A DNA stretch of 64,000 nucleotides, from NCBI GenBank assembly GCA_963783385.1, contig CAWANJ010000006.1, forward strand, positions 64,001-128,000. The letters run 5' to 3'. This stretch comes from an uncultured Gemmatimonadales bacterium (GTDB lineage: Bacteria > Gemmatimonadota > Gemmatimonadetes > Palauibacterales > Palauibacteraceae). Positions within the stretch are counted from its first letter, which is position 1, and every line of letters starts with the position of its first letter. The position numbers and the translations under genes are program-made. The notes beneath the pieces are model-generated. The model worked only from the letters and a program-made list of their open reading frames with translations, did not search any database and had not been told where the DNA came from. Positions 49,438 to 60,813 of the stretch are shown here, piece after piece.

Positions 49438-52342
49438 GGATCTTCCCGGTTCGAGACCGTCGTTTCCCCGCGGCTCCCCCGACGAGTCCAGGGCCTCCGA
49501 ACCCCTCAGCGAGCAGGTGGGCCTGCTGGGCACCCTCCTGGGCCGCGCCATCCGGGAACGGGGCGGCCGCGACACGCTCGACCGGGTCGAGGCGCTCAGG
49601 CTGGCGTGCCGGGAGGCCGCCCGGTCCGGCGATCCGGGGCCGCGCCGGGTGGCCGCCGAGCGCATCGCGGAGCTGGATCTCGAAGCGATCGGCTGGCTCC
49701 TGCGCGCCTACACCACCTTCTTCCGGCTCGTGAACCAGGCCGAGCAGCGCGAGATCGTACGGGTGAATCGCGAGCGCTCGCGCGAAGGCGGCCTCGACCG
49801 GCCGCGGCCCGGCTCCATCGAGGAGACCGTGGCCGAGCTGGCCGAGCGCGGGCTGGACGCCGGGGAGGTCTCGGCCCTCCTGGACCGCCTGGAGGTCATC
49901 CCGACGTTCACGGCCCACCCCACCGAGGCCCGGCGCGCCCCCATCCTCGGCAAACAGCGGCGCATCGCCGACCTGCTCGCGGCGCTCCAGGACCCGGACC
50001 GCACCCCGCAGGAGGAGGAGGCGACGCGAGACGCGCTCTTCGACCAGGTGACCCTCCTCCTGGCCACCCGCGAGGTCCGCTCCGAGCGGCCGACGGTCCG
50101 GGACGAGGTGGAGCAGGGGCTGTACTTCCTGGAGCGCTCGGTGTGGGATGCCGTCCCCCGAATCCACGAGGACGTGGACCGCGCCTTCCGGCGGCGCTTC
50201 GGCGAGGCGCCGGGAAGGGTCGCGCCGTTCCTGCGCTACCGGTCCTGGATCGGCGGAGACCGCGACGGCAACCCGAACGTCACGGCCGACGTCACCCGGT
50301 GGACGCTGGCCACGCACCGGGCCCGCGCGGCGCGCCTCCATCGACGCGAGCTCGAGCGGCTTCGCGAGGAGCTCAGCCTCTCGGCCTCCGAGGTGGAGGT
50401 GCCGGCCGAGCTGAGCGAGTCGATCGAGCGGGACCGGCGTGAGCTCGGGGTTCCGGAGGGGGCCCTGTCCGCCCACGAGGACGAGCCCTACCGCCAGAAG
50501 CTCACCTGCATGCTGGCCCGCCTCGAGCGCGTGCGGGAGGCGGCCGAACGGAGGGCGCGGGCGGTCGACCGGCCGGAGCCCGCCGGAGCCCGCGCGGAAG
50601 CGGCCCCCGACGAGGCCGGCCCTGGAGAGACGCACGACCAGGCGTGGAGCGCGGAGGCGTTCGAGGCCGATCTAGACCTGATCGACCGCTGCCTCCGGCG
50701 GACGGGCTTCGAAGCGGTGGCGCGAACCGGGAGCCTGCGGCGGGCGCGGTGCCTGGTGCGCACCTTCGGACTCCACCTCGCGAGCCTCGACATCCGCGAG
50801 CACAGCGGCATGCACGAGAGGGCGGTGGCGAGCCTGCTGCGGTCGGCCGGCGTCACGCCCGACTACGCTGCCATGCCCGAGGCTCGGCGCCTCGAGATCC
50901 TGGAGCGGGAGCTACGGAAGCCGGAGCCGCTCCGGCCGGACCGCGCCGAGCTCGCGGCCGAGGCGCGCCGCGTCCTCGACACGCTGGGCGTCGTCCGGGA
51001 CGCCGTGCGGCGTGACCCGCGCTCGATCGGGGCCTACGTCGTGAGCATGACCCACGAGCTCAGCGACATCCTCGAGCCGATGCTCCTGGCACGCGTGGCC
51101 GGTGTGTGGCGGATCGAGGGGGACGCGGTCCGCTGTCCCCTGGACTTCGTGCCCCTGTACGAGACGATCGAGGACCTGCGCGCCGCCGGGGATCGGCTGC
51201 GGAGCCTGCTGCGGCATCCCCTGTACCGCCTGCAGGTGGACGCGCGTGGGTCGATGCAGGAGGTGATGCTCGGCTACTCCGACAGCAACAAGGACGGAGG
51301 CTACTGGATGGCCAACTGGGCCCTGCGGCGGGCCCAGGAGGGGCTGGGGCGCGCCTGCCGCGACGAGGGCGTGGAGCTGCGGCTGTTCCACGGCCGGGGC
51401 GGCACGGTGGGCCGGGGCGGCGGCCGCTCGAACCGCGCCATCCTGGCCATGCCCCGCGTGGTCCAGAACGGCCGGTTCCGGGCCACCGAGCAGGGGGAGG
51501 TGATCTCCTTCCGCTACTCCCTCCCGGAGATCGCCCACCGGCACCTCGAGCAGATCGTGAGCGCCGTGCTGCGTGGCGCCGCCGTGGCGGAGGGGGCGGC
51601 CCCGGCCGACGGCGACCCGGAGCGGGCGGAGCTGCTGGAGGGGATGGCGGAGCGCGGCATGGCCGCCTACCGGGAGCTCCTGGACGCCGGGAGCTTCTGG
51701 CCGTGGTACCTGCGAGCGACCCCCATCCGCCACATCAGCCGCCTGCCCCTGGCTTCCCGGCCCGCCTCCAGGCGGACGGGGGAGATCGAGTTCGAGGGAC
51801 TCCGGGCCATCCCCTGGAACTTCGCCTGGAGCCAGACGCGCTACCTCGTGCCCGGCTGGTACGGGACGGGCCGGGCGCTCGGACCCCTGGTCGACGATCC
51901 CCGGAAGCTGGACGCCTGCCGGGCGATGTACCGGGACTGGCCCTTCTTTCGAGCCGTGGTCGACGACGCGCAGCGCGAGATGGGGCGGGCGCGCCTGGAG
52001 CTGAGCCGCATGTACGCCGCGCTGGCCGAGCCGGAGGGCGGGGCCGCGGACGGCATCCACGCGCGCATCGAGGCGGAGTTCGAGCGAGCCCGCTCCGCCC
52101 TCCTCCGCATCACGGGCCAGCGGGACCTGCTGGACAACGAGCCGGTGATCCAGGAGTCCATCCGCCTGCGGAATCCCTACACGGACGTCCTCAACCTCCT
52201 GCAGCTCGAGCTCCTTTGCCGCTGGCGGGCCGGCGACGCGGAGCGGGGCGGCACGGGCGGGGAAGGCGACCGCGATCGCCTGGCCGGCGAGATCCTCCTC
52301 AGCCTGAACGGCATCGCGGCGGCCATGCAGAGCACGGGGTGA
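49436..52342 (+). CDS. ppc: Phosphoenolpyruvate carboxylase
   Basis: FTAHPTE, SWIGGDRDGNP, VPLYETIEDL, VMLGYSDSNKDGG, FHGRGGTVGRGGG, LRAIPW, NGIAAAMQSTG. Confidence 0.96.
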   Translation: MDLPGSRPSFPRGSPDESRASEPLSEQVGLLGTLLGRAIRERGGRDTLDRVEALRLACREAARSGDPGPRRVAAERIAELDLEAIGWLLRAYTTFFRLVNQAEQREIVRVNRERSREGGLDRPRPGSIEETVAELAERGLDAGEVSALLDRLEVIPTFTAHPTEARRAPILGKQRRIADLLAALQDPDRTPQEEEATRDALFDQVTLLLATREVRSERPTVRDEVEQGLYFLERSVWDAVPRIHEDVDRAFRRRFGEAPGRVAPFLRYRSWIGGDRDGNPNVTADVTRWTLATHRARAARLHRRELERLREELSLSASEVEVPAELSESIERDRRELGVPEGALSAHEDEPYRQKLTCMLARLERVREAAERRARAVDRPEPAGARAEAAPDEAGPGETHDQAWSAEAFEADLDLIDRCLRRTGFEAVARTGSLRRARCLVRTFGLHLASLDIREHSGMHERAVASLLRSAGVTPDYAAMPEARRLEILERELRKPEPLRPDRAELAAEARRVLDTLGVVRDAVRRDPRSIGAYVVSMTHELSDILEPMLLARVAGVWRIEGDAVRCPLDFVPLYETIEDLRAAGDRLRSLLRHPLYRLQVDARGSMQEVMLGYSDSNKDGGYWMANWALRRAQEGLGRACRDEGVELRLFHGRGGTVGRGGGRSNRAILAMPRVVQNGRFRATEQGEVISFRYSLPEIAHRHLEQIVSAVLRGAAVAEGAAPADGDPERAELLEGMAERGMAAYRELLDAGSFWPWYLRATPIRHISRLPLASRPASRRTGEIEFEGLRAIPWNFAWSQTRYLVPGWYGTGRALGPLVDDPRKLDACRAMYRDWPFFRAVVDDAQREMGRARLELSRMYAALAEPEGGAADGIHARIEAEFERARSALLRITGQRDLLDNEPVIQESIRLRNPYTDVLNLLQLELLCRWRAGDAERGGTGGEGDRDRLAGEILLSLNGIAAAMQSTG

Positions 52343-52490
52343 GTGCGGTTCATCGACCGCGACGCGCTCTCCGCCGCGAGCCGCTAGCGGGCGGTATCCA
52401 GACCACGGCCTCGACGCGCGCACGCCCCGTGCGTCCTTTCCTTCGATGAGGCACGAGACACATTCGCTCGGAGGAGGACGGAGGCCCGAC

Positions 52491-53273
52491 ATGGAAGTAC
52501 GACTCGACGGCCGGCGAGCCCTGGTGACCGGGGGGAACTCCGGCATCGGCGAGGCGATCGTGGAGGCGCTTGCGGCGGCGGGCGCACGGGTGGCGATCAA
52601 CTACGTCGCGCATCCCGAGGACGCGAGATCGCTGGCGAAGCGGATCCGGGACGGCGGGGGCGAGGCGCTCGCGGTGGAGGCCGACGTGTCCGACCCCGGT
52701 GCCGTGGCCGGCATGTTCGCCCGGCTCGACGACACCTGGGACGGCCTGGACATCTTGATCAACAACGCCGGCATCGACGGAGAGCGTTCGCAGGGCTGGG
52801 AGATCGATCCCGCCGAATGGCGCCGGGTGATCGACGTGAACCTCATGGGTGCCTTCCACTGCGCGCGCGAGGCCCTCAAGCGCATGGTGTCGGCGAAGAG
52901 CGGGGTGGTGCTCAGCGTCACCTCGGTGCACGAGGAGATCGCGTGGGCCGGCTACAGCGCCTACACGGCCAGCAAGGCCGGGGTCGGCATGATGACCCGG
53001 ACCCTGGCCCAGGAGGCGGCCCCACACGGGATCCGCGTCCTGGCGCTGGCGCCGGGCGCCATCAAGACGCCGATCAACGAGTCGGTGTGGAGCGATCCGA
53101 AGAAGCTCCGAGACCTGCTGGAGAAGATCCCGCTCGACAGGATCGGGAAGCCCGAGGAGATCGCCCGAATGGCGGTCGTGCTCGTGTCCGACGTGGGCTC
53201 CTACGTGACCGGCAGGACCGTGTACGTGGACGGCGGCATGACGGACTATCCGGACTTCGCCCACGGAGGCTGA
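52491..53273 (+). CDS. SDR oxidoreductase (glucose 1-dehydrogenase-like)
   Basis: TGGNSGIG, NNAG, SVHE, YTASK, PGAIKTPIN, VDGGMT.YP. Confidence 0.9.
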   Translation: MEVRLDGRRALVTGGNSGIGEAIVEALAAAGARVAINYVAHPEDARSLAKRIRDGGGEALAVEADVSDPGAVAGMFARLDDTWDGLDILINNAGIDGERSQGWEIDPAEWRRVIDVNLMGAFHCAREALKRMVSAKSGVVLSVTSVHEEIAWAGYSAYTASKAGVGMMTRTLAQEAAPHGIRVLALAPGAIKTPINESVWSDPKKLRDLLEKIPLDRIGKPEEIARMAVVLVSDVGSYVTGRTVYVDGGMTDYPDFAHGG

Positions 53274-53300
53274 GAGCGGCCGTTCGGGCGCGCGGAGGGG

Positions 53301-54922
<1,622 letters not shown>

Positions 54923-55094
54923 GGCGACCTCGGGGCCGTAGGGGGAGTGTATGCAACGCGAACAAAGCTAGATCGCCCATGCGAATCACGCACCTGGCCG
55001 AGCGGAGCCGGCGTCGCCCTCGGCCCCACTCGATCCTCGACCCCGAGACGAACTCTTTCCATTCGCCACCGGCCCGTAGTATGGTGCGGGTCTC

Positions 55095-56312
55095 ATGGAT
55101 AGCCCCCCTTCGGCCTCGGCGGCCACCGACGAGGGCGACCTGCGTGCCCTGGATGAGCTGCGCACGTCCCTCGGAGGCGACTTCGAGATCGTGCGGCCTC
55201 TGGGCCGAGGCGCCGTGGCGACGGTCTACCTGGCGAGAGACCGCGCCCTGGGCATCCCCGTGGCCGTGAAGGTCCTGCGGCCCGGGAAAGCCGCCGACGA
55301 GACGGCGCGGAAGCGCTTCGAGCGGGAGGCGCGGGCGGCCGCCTCGCTCTCCGACCATCCGAACGCCGTGGCCGTGACGCGCTTCGGTCGGCTCCCGAAC
55401 GAGACGCCCTACCTGGTCATGCAGTACGTGAAGGGCCGGACCATGGAGGAGCGCCTCAAGGCCGAGGGGAGGCTCCCGGTGCCGGAGGCGACCGCGGTCC
55501 TGGCGGAGGTGGCGTCGGCCCTGGCCGCGGCGCACGAAAAGGGCATCATCCACCGGGACCTGCGACCGGGCAACGTGCTATGGGACGAGGAGAAGCGCCG
55601 CGCCCTCCTGACGGACTTCGGCATCGCAGCGGTCCTCGATGCCGGCGGGCCCGACTCCCCGCGCCTGACGCAGACGGGCGAGCTGCTCGGGGACCCCCGC
55701 CACTCGAGCCCCGAGCAGCTCACCGGCGTACCGGTCACCGAGCTGAGCGACATGTACGGATTCGGCCTGCTCGGCTACGAGCTCCTGGCCGGCCGTGGAC
55801 CCTACGAGGCCAGGTCGGCGGCCGACTGGATCCGGGCCCACCTCCAGCAGGAGCCGCGGGACCTCCGCGAGCTCCGGCCCGACGTGCCCGAGCCGCTGGC
55901 CGACCTCCTGCGCCGGTGCCTGGCCAAGGAGCCTCGCCACCGCCCCTCCGCCCGGGACGTGGTCCGCGCCCTCGGGAAGGAGACGCCGTCCGCCGGTGGA
56001 GCGCGCGCCGGCCATCCCGAGGAGCACGACCTCACGAAGCTCATCAAGCGGCGCGTGCCCCAGATCGTCCTGATCGTGGCGGGGGCCGGCGTGGGTCTCA
56101 TCCAGCTGGTCGGGTCGCTGAACGACCTCCTGCCTCCCAAGAGCCAGCTCCTGACCGTGATCTTCGTGGCCGCGGCCGTCCTCGCTTCCGCGGTCATCGC
56201 GTGGTTCCACGGCGAGCGTGGACGGCAGCGCGCCCCGATCGTCGAGCGGATCCTCCTGGCACTCATCGGGGTCGCCTGGCTCGCGGTGACGATCGTGGCG
56301 CTCGTCGAGTGA
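55095..56312 (+). CDS. Hanks-type Ser/Thr protein kinase with a C-terminal 3-TM module
   Basis: LGRGAVATVYL, VAVK, RFEREA, HRDLRPGN, DFG, SPEQ, SDMY; three hydrophobic helices at the C-terminus. Confidence 0.92.
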   Translation: MDSPPSASAATDEGDLRALDELRTSLGGDFEIVRPLGRGAVATVYLARDRALGIPVAVKVLRPGKAADETARKRFEREARAAASLSDHPNAVAVTRFGRLPNETPYLVMQYVKGRTMEERLKAEGRLPVPEATAVLAEVASALAAAHEKGIIHRDLRPGNVLWDEEKRRALLTDFGIAAVLDAGGPDSPRLTQTGELLGDPRHSSPEQLTGVPVTELSDMYGFGLLGYELLAGRGPYEARSAADWIRAHLQQEPRDLRELRPDVPEPLADLLRRCLAKEPRHRPSARDVVRALGKETPSAGGARAGHPEEHDLTKLIKRRVPQIVLIVAGAGVGLIQLVGSLNDLLPPKSQLLTVIFVAAAVLASAVIAWFHGERGRQRAPIVERILLALIGVAWLAVTIVALVE

Positions 56313-56349
56313 CGGGAGTCCCCGAGGCCGACCGACCCGGAGCGTGCGC

Positions 56350-57214
56350 ATGAGCGATACGACCGTCGCACCGCAGTTCTCGGACATCGACGCCTGGGGC
56401 GCGACGCACCGCGGCAACGTGCGTCCGGACAACCAGGACCACTTCTTCCTTGGGGCGCTGGCCTGCGGGGTGACCGTGGACGGCTGCAGCCTGGGGGACG
56501 AGGCGCGCGGGAATCTGGCAGGCGGAGCGCCAGGCGACGCTCGCCGTGGTGGCGGACGGGGTGGGCTCCTCGGGCGGCGGGGAGCAGGCGGCCCGCCGGG
56601 CCGTGGAAGGGCTTGTATCCTCCGTCTCCAGATCGTTCCACGAGGCGGTCCAGAGAGAGCCGGAGGATCCCGAAGTCTTTTCGAGGATGCTGCACGGTGC
56701 CGCGCTCTCCGTCCACGAGAGCCTCGTCGAGGAGGCGGAGAGGGACGACGGGGGGCGGCGTTTCGCGACGACCGCTACCCTGTTCCTGGGGCTGTGGCCG
56801 CAGGCCTATCTCCTCCAGGTGGGTGATTCCCGCTGCTACGTCTTCCGGGAGGGGGAGCTCACCCAGATCAGCCGGGACCAGACCATCGCGCAGGAGCTGG
56901 TGGACAGCGGCGCGCTCACGCGAACCGTCGCCGAGCGGAGCCGGTGGGCGCACATCCTGTCCAGCGCCATGGGCGGCGAGCAGGCCGTGCCTGTCGTGAC
57001 GCGGGTCGTGCGGGACTGGGGCACGGTCGTGCTCCTGTGCAGCGACGGGCTCACCAAGCACGTGTCCGACGAGCGCATCCGGGAGCGCCTGGCATCCATG
57101 ACCGGCGCCCGCCAGGTCGTCGAGCAGCTGACGCAGGACGCGCTCGACGACGGCGGGACGGACAACATCACGCTCATCGTGGGGCGGACCCTCCGGCCGG
57201 CGAGCGGCGAATGA
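56350..57214 (+). CDS. PP2C/PPM Ser/Thr phosphatase (frameshift near 56520-56545)
   Basis: THRGNVRPDNQDHF; VADGVG, VGDSRCY, LCSDGL, GGTDNIT. Confidence 0.88.
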
Positions 57215-57285
57215 GCGTGGCCCGCCCTGTGAGGCCGCAGGCCGCAGCGTGAGCGTCGCCCCGCGATGAAGCGGGCGTCCCGGCG

Positions 57286-57627
57286 ATGAGCGACGCCACG
57301 ATCGCCCGGCTGAACGCCGCCCTCTCCGGCCGCTACCGCATCGAGCGCGAGCCCGTGTGGGCGCGCGATGGCCGCCATCTCTTGTACCGGACGGAGGGCA
57401 AGTTCAGGGTGGCGGCAGTCTCATCCACGCCGACCTTCCACGTCGTCTCCCGCTCCGACTTCATGGACGACTCGTACCTTCCGTCACCCGCGCCCCACGC
57501 CAATTGCGACGTGTCGCCGGATGGGAAGGCACTTCTCGTCCTCAAGGGTGAGCGTCAGCAGCCTCTGGTGGTGTACGACTGGGGCGCGGAGGTGAGAGCG
57601 AAACTCCAGAAGGGCGAGAAGCAGTGA
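57286..57627 (+). pseudogene. Internally deleted kinase-PD40 gene (kinase start fused in frame to a propeller end)
   Basis: RLNAALSGRYRIERE is joined directly to PVWARDG...DVSPDG...VVYDW. Confidence 0.7.
57304..57352 (+). repeat. Kinase N-terminus repeat, copy 1
   Basis: 44/49 nt identical to 60222-60270 (counted by eye). Confidence 0.8.
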
Positions 57628-58592
57628 CGACCTTGGACCCCGTTCGACCCATCACCCTGGACGAGATCCGTGAGGCGCGCGAGCGCATCGCGGACGTCGT
57701 CGTGCGCACCCCGCTGGTCCGCCTGGAGCTGGGACCCGACCATCCCGAGATCCGGCTGAAGCTCGAGAACCTGCAGCCGATCAACGCCTACAAGCTGCGC
57801 GGCGCGGCCAACGCCGTGGCCATGCTGCCCGAAGCCGAGCGCGCGCGGGGCGTGTGGACGATCAGCGCCGGCAACGCGGGACAGGGCGTCGCATACGCGG
57901 CGAGGGTCGCCGGCGTGCCCTGCACCGTGGTGGCGATCGAGACGGCGCCGATCTCGAAGATGGAGCGGATGCGCGCGCTCGGGGCGCGCGTCGTCCCGGT
58001 CCCCTACGACGTCGCCTGGAAGGCGCTGGAAGCGCGCGAGTACCCGGGGATAGAGGGCACCTTCGTGCATCCGTTCGACGACCACGATTTCATCGCGGGG
58101 CACGCGACCATGGGCCTCGAGATCCTGGAGGATGCGCCCAATGTGGCCGCGGTCGTCGCCGCGATCGGGGGCGGCGGGCTCGTCACGGCGCTCGGAAGCG
58201 CGATCAAGGCGCTCCGGCCCGAGGTCGAGGTGTGGGGGGCGGAGCCGGAGACCGCCGCGCCCGCGGCGCGGTCGTTCGAGGCGGGGGCCCCGCAGGCCTT
58301 CGACGAGTGGGAGGCCTCGTTCGTGGACGGAGCCGGGGGCAAGAGCGTGTTTCCCCGCATGTGGGAGCGCATGCGTCCGGTGGTGGACGGCTCGATCGTG
58401 GTCACCCTGGACGAGACCCGGCGCGCCATGCGGCTCATGGCGGAGAAGGCGCGGGTCATAACCGAGGGCGCAGGCGCGCTGCCGTTGGCCGCCGCGCTCA
58501 CGGGCAAGGCCGGGCCCGGGCCGATCGTGGCGGTCGTGTCGGGGGGCAACATCGACCTTGACAGGTTCTGGGAGCTGATCCGGGAGGCGTAG
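57624..58592 (+). CDS. PLP-dependent threonine/serine dehydratase (catabolic type)
   Basis: RTPL, LKLENLQ..AYKLRGA, SAGNAGQG, HPFDD, IGGGGL, VSGGNID. Confidence 0.9.
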   Translation: MTTLDPVRPITLDEIREARERIADVVVRTPLVRLELGPDHPEIRLKLENLQPINAYKLRGAANAVAMLPEAERARGVWTISAGNAGQGVAYAARVAGVPCTVVAIETAPISKMERMRALGARVVPVPYDVAWKALEAREYPGIEGTFVHPFDDHDFIAGHATMGLEILEDAPNVAAVVAAIGGGGLVTALGSAIKALRPEVEVWGAEPETAAPAARSFEAGAPQAFDEWEASFVDGAGGKSVFPRMWERMRPVVDGSIVVTLDETRRAMRLMAEKARVITEGAGALPLAAALTGKAGPGPIVAVVSGGNIDLDRFWELIREA

Positions 58593-58601
58593 GGTAGAAC
58601 G

Positions 58602-58676
58602 ATGGCCGATCCAGTGACGACCCCGAGCGGGGCCCTCGAGGACCGCTACGGCGTCGAGCACGAGCCGGGCGGCGGC
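58602..58676 (+). repeat. Kinase N-terminus repeat, degenerate copy 2
   Basis: MADPVTTPSGALEDRYGVEHEPGGG resembles ALxDRYRIERELGxGG. Confidence 0.6.
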
Positions 58677-58742
58677 TTCCACCGCGGGACCCCGTTCGTC
58701 ACCGCCCTGACCCATTCACCCCCGTCTCGGAGGCACTCGGTG

Positions 58743-60208
58743 ATGTCCGAGTTGCGCGTCCGGCCCTTCCGCTCCGCCGCCGCGGCGTGCGCGGCGCTGC
58801 TCGCCCTGGCGGCGGGGCTCGCCCTGCCGCCCTCTCCCGCGGCGGCGCAGCAGCCTGCCCTCTCTCCCAACGTCCTCCGGTACGTGGCGGTGGACACGCC
58901 CGTGGTGGCCCTCACCCACGTGCGGGTCATCGACGGGACCGGGGCGCAGGCGCGGGCGGACCAGACGCTGGTCATCCGGGACGGCACCATCGCCGCCCTG
59001 GGTCCGGCTTCGTCGGTGAAGGTCCCGGCGGGCGCGCAGGTGCTGGACCTCACCGGCAAGTCCGTGATCCCGGGCTTCGTCATGATGCACGAGCACCTGT
59101 TCTATCCCACCGGCCCGGGGGTGTACGGCAACACGGCCGAGAGCTTCACGCGGCTCTACCTGGCGGGCGGCGTCACCAGCATGCGCACGACCGGGGACCT
59201 GAACGGGTACGGCGAGCTGGCCGTCGCGCAGGCCATCAAGGACGGCAAGAAGCCGGGCCCGTGGATCGACGCCACCGGCCCGTACCTGCAGGGCCCGGGG
59301 AACCCGTTCGAGCAGATGTACACGCTGAAGGACGCCGCCGACGCGAAGCGCATGGTGGACTTCTGGGCCGACGCGGGCGCCACCTCGTTCAAGGCGTACA
59401 TGAACATCACCCGGGCGGAGCTGGCCGCGGCCGTCCAGGAAGCGCACGCCCGGGGCCTCAAGATCACCGGGCACCTGTGCTCGGTGACCTACCGCGAGGC
59501 GGCGGACCTGGGCATCGACGACCTCGAGCACGGCTTCTTCGTCTCCACCGACTTCGTGAAGGACAAGAAGCCCGACCTGTGTCCGGGGCAGCGCGCCGGG
59601 ATGGAGGCGCTGGACCGGGTCGATCCCGCCGGGCCCGGTTCAGGGCGCTCGTGGACACCTCATCGCGCACCACGTGGCGGTGACGTCCACCCTCACCGTG
59701 TTCGAGACCTTCACGCCCGGCCGGCCGCAGCCGCCGGGGCTCGACGTCCTGGATCCCATCCTCGAGGAGCAGTTCGAGAAGACCTACCGGCCAGTCCAGC
59801 AGAACACGCCAGCTCCATCTACGCCACCTGTTCAAGAAGGACATGGCCATGGAGCTCCGCTTCGCCCGGGCGGGCGGGCTGCTGCTGGCCGGCACCGATC
59901 CCACCGGGTACGGCGGCGTCATTCCCGGCTACTCGGACCAGCGCCAGGTCGAGCTGCTGGTGGAGGCGGGCTTCACGCCGCTGGAGGCCATCCGGATCTG
60001 CACGCTCAACAGCGCCATCTACCTGGGCCGGGCCGACCGGATCGGCTCCCTGGCCGTGGGCAAGCAGGCGGACCTGGTGATCATCGACGGCGACCCGGCG
60101 GCCCACATCTCGGACATCCGGAAGGTGGAGATGGTCTTCCGCCAGGGCGTGGGCTACGACCCGCAGAAGCTGATCGCGAGCGTGAAGGACAAGGTCGGGC
60201 TGTTCTGA
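58743..60208 (+). CDS. Secreted amidohydrolase-family protein (frameshifts at about 59640-59830)
   Basis: Signal peptide; VIPGFVMMHEH, GGVTS, ITGH, LEHG, AGTD, IGSLAVGKQADLV..DGDP. Confidence 0.85.
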
Positions 60209-60221
60209 CGGCGAGCCCGCG

Positions 60222-60276
60222 GCCCGGCTGAGCCGCGCCCTCGCCGACCGCTACCGCATCGAGCGCGAGCTCGGCG
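60222..60276 (+). repeat. Kinase N-terminus repeat, copy 3 (intergenic)
   Basis: Encodes ARLSRALADRYRIERELG with no start codon and no continuation. Confidence 0.8.
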
Positions 60277-60308
60277 ACGTGTCCCCCAATCTCCCAAGGA
60301 GGCATCCC

Positions 60309-60764
60309 ATGCTTCGACGCGGAACCGGCGTCCTGTTGGCGGCGATCGCGATCCTCACGGCGACCTCGCACCCGCTCCGGGCCCAGGAGCGACACTATGT
60401 CGCGCCGCGCGTGGCGACCGACACGACCACCCTGCCCTTCAGCGAGGGCGTGCAGGTCGGGAGCACGCTGTACCTCAGCGGAACGATCGGCCTCCTGCCC
60501 GACCAGACGGTGCCGACCACCGCCACCGAGGAGGCGCGCCGCGTGCTGGACAACGTCAAACAGGCGCTGACGGAGGCGGGGATGACGATGGACGACCTGG
60601 TGCAGGTGCAGGTGTTCTGCTCGGACCTCTCGACCTACGCCGACTTCAACAAGGTGTACCGGACCTACTTCACCAGGGTCTATCCGCCGCGCGCCTTCCT
60701 CGGCGTGGCCCACGTGCTGTTCGGAGCACGCTACGAGGTGCAGGGCATCGCGGTGAAGGGATGA
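60309..60764 (+). CDS. RidA/YjgF-family protein with a signal peptide
   Basis: PFSEGV..G.TLYLSG, VLDNV..L, FNKVY..YF...PPRA, EVQGIA; N-terminal hydrophobic leader ending LRA-Q. Confidence 0.88.
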   Translation: MLRRGTGVLLAAIAILTATSHPLRAQERHYVAPRVATDTTTLPFSEGVQVGSTLYLSGTIGLLPDQTVPTTATEEARRVLDNVKQALTEAGMTMDDLVQVQVFCSDLSTYADFNKVYRTYFTRVYPPRAFLGVAHVLFGARYEVQGIAVKG

Positions 60765-60813
60765 GCGGCGCTCGTAGGGCGCCGGTTTTCGACCTCAAGC
60801 ACGGACGGGAACG

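Noticed and set aside
57286-60276. CRISPR array or integron attC cassettes
   Set aside because: The repeats are kb apart, encode kinase peptide and lack palindromic attC or CRISPR structure; no cas or intI gene is seen
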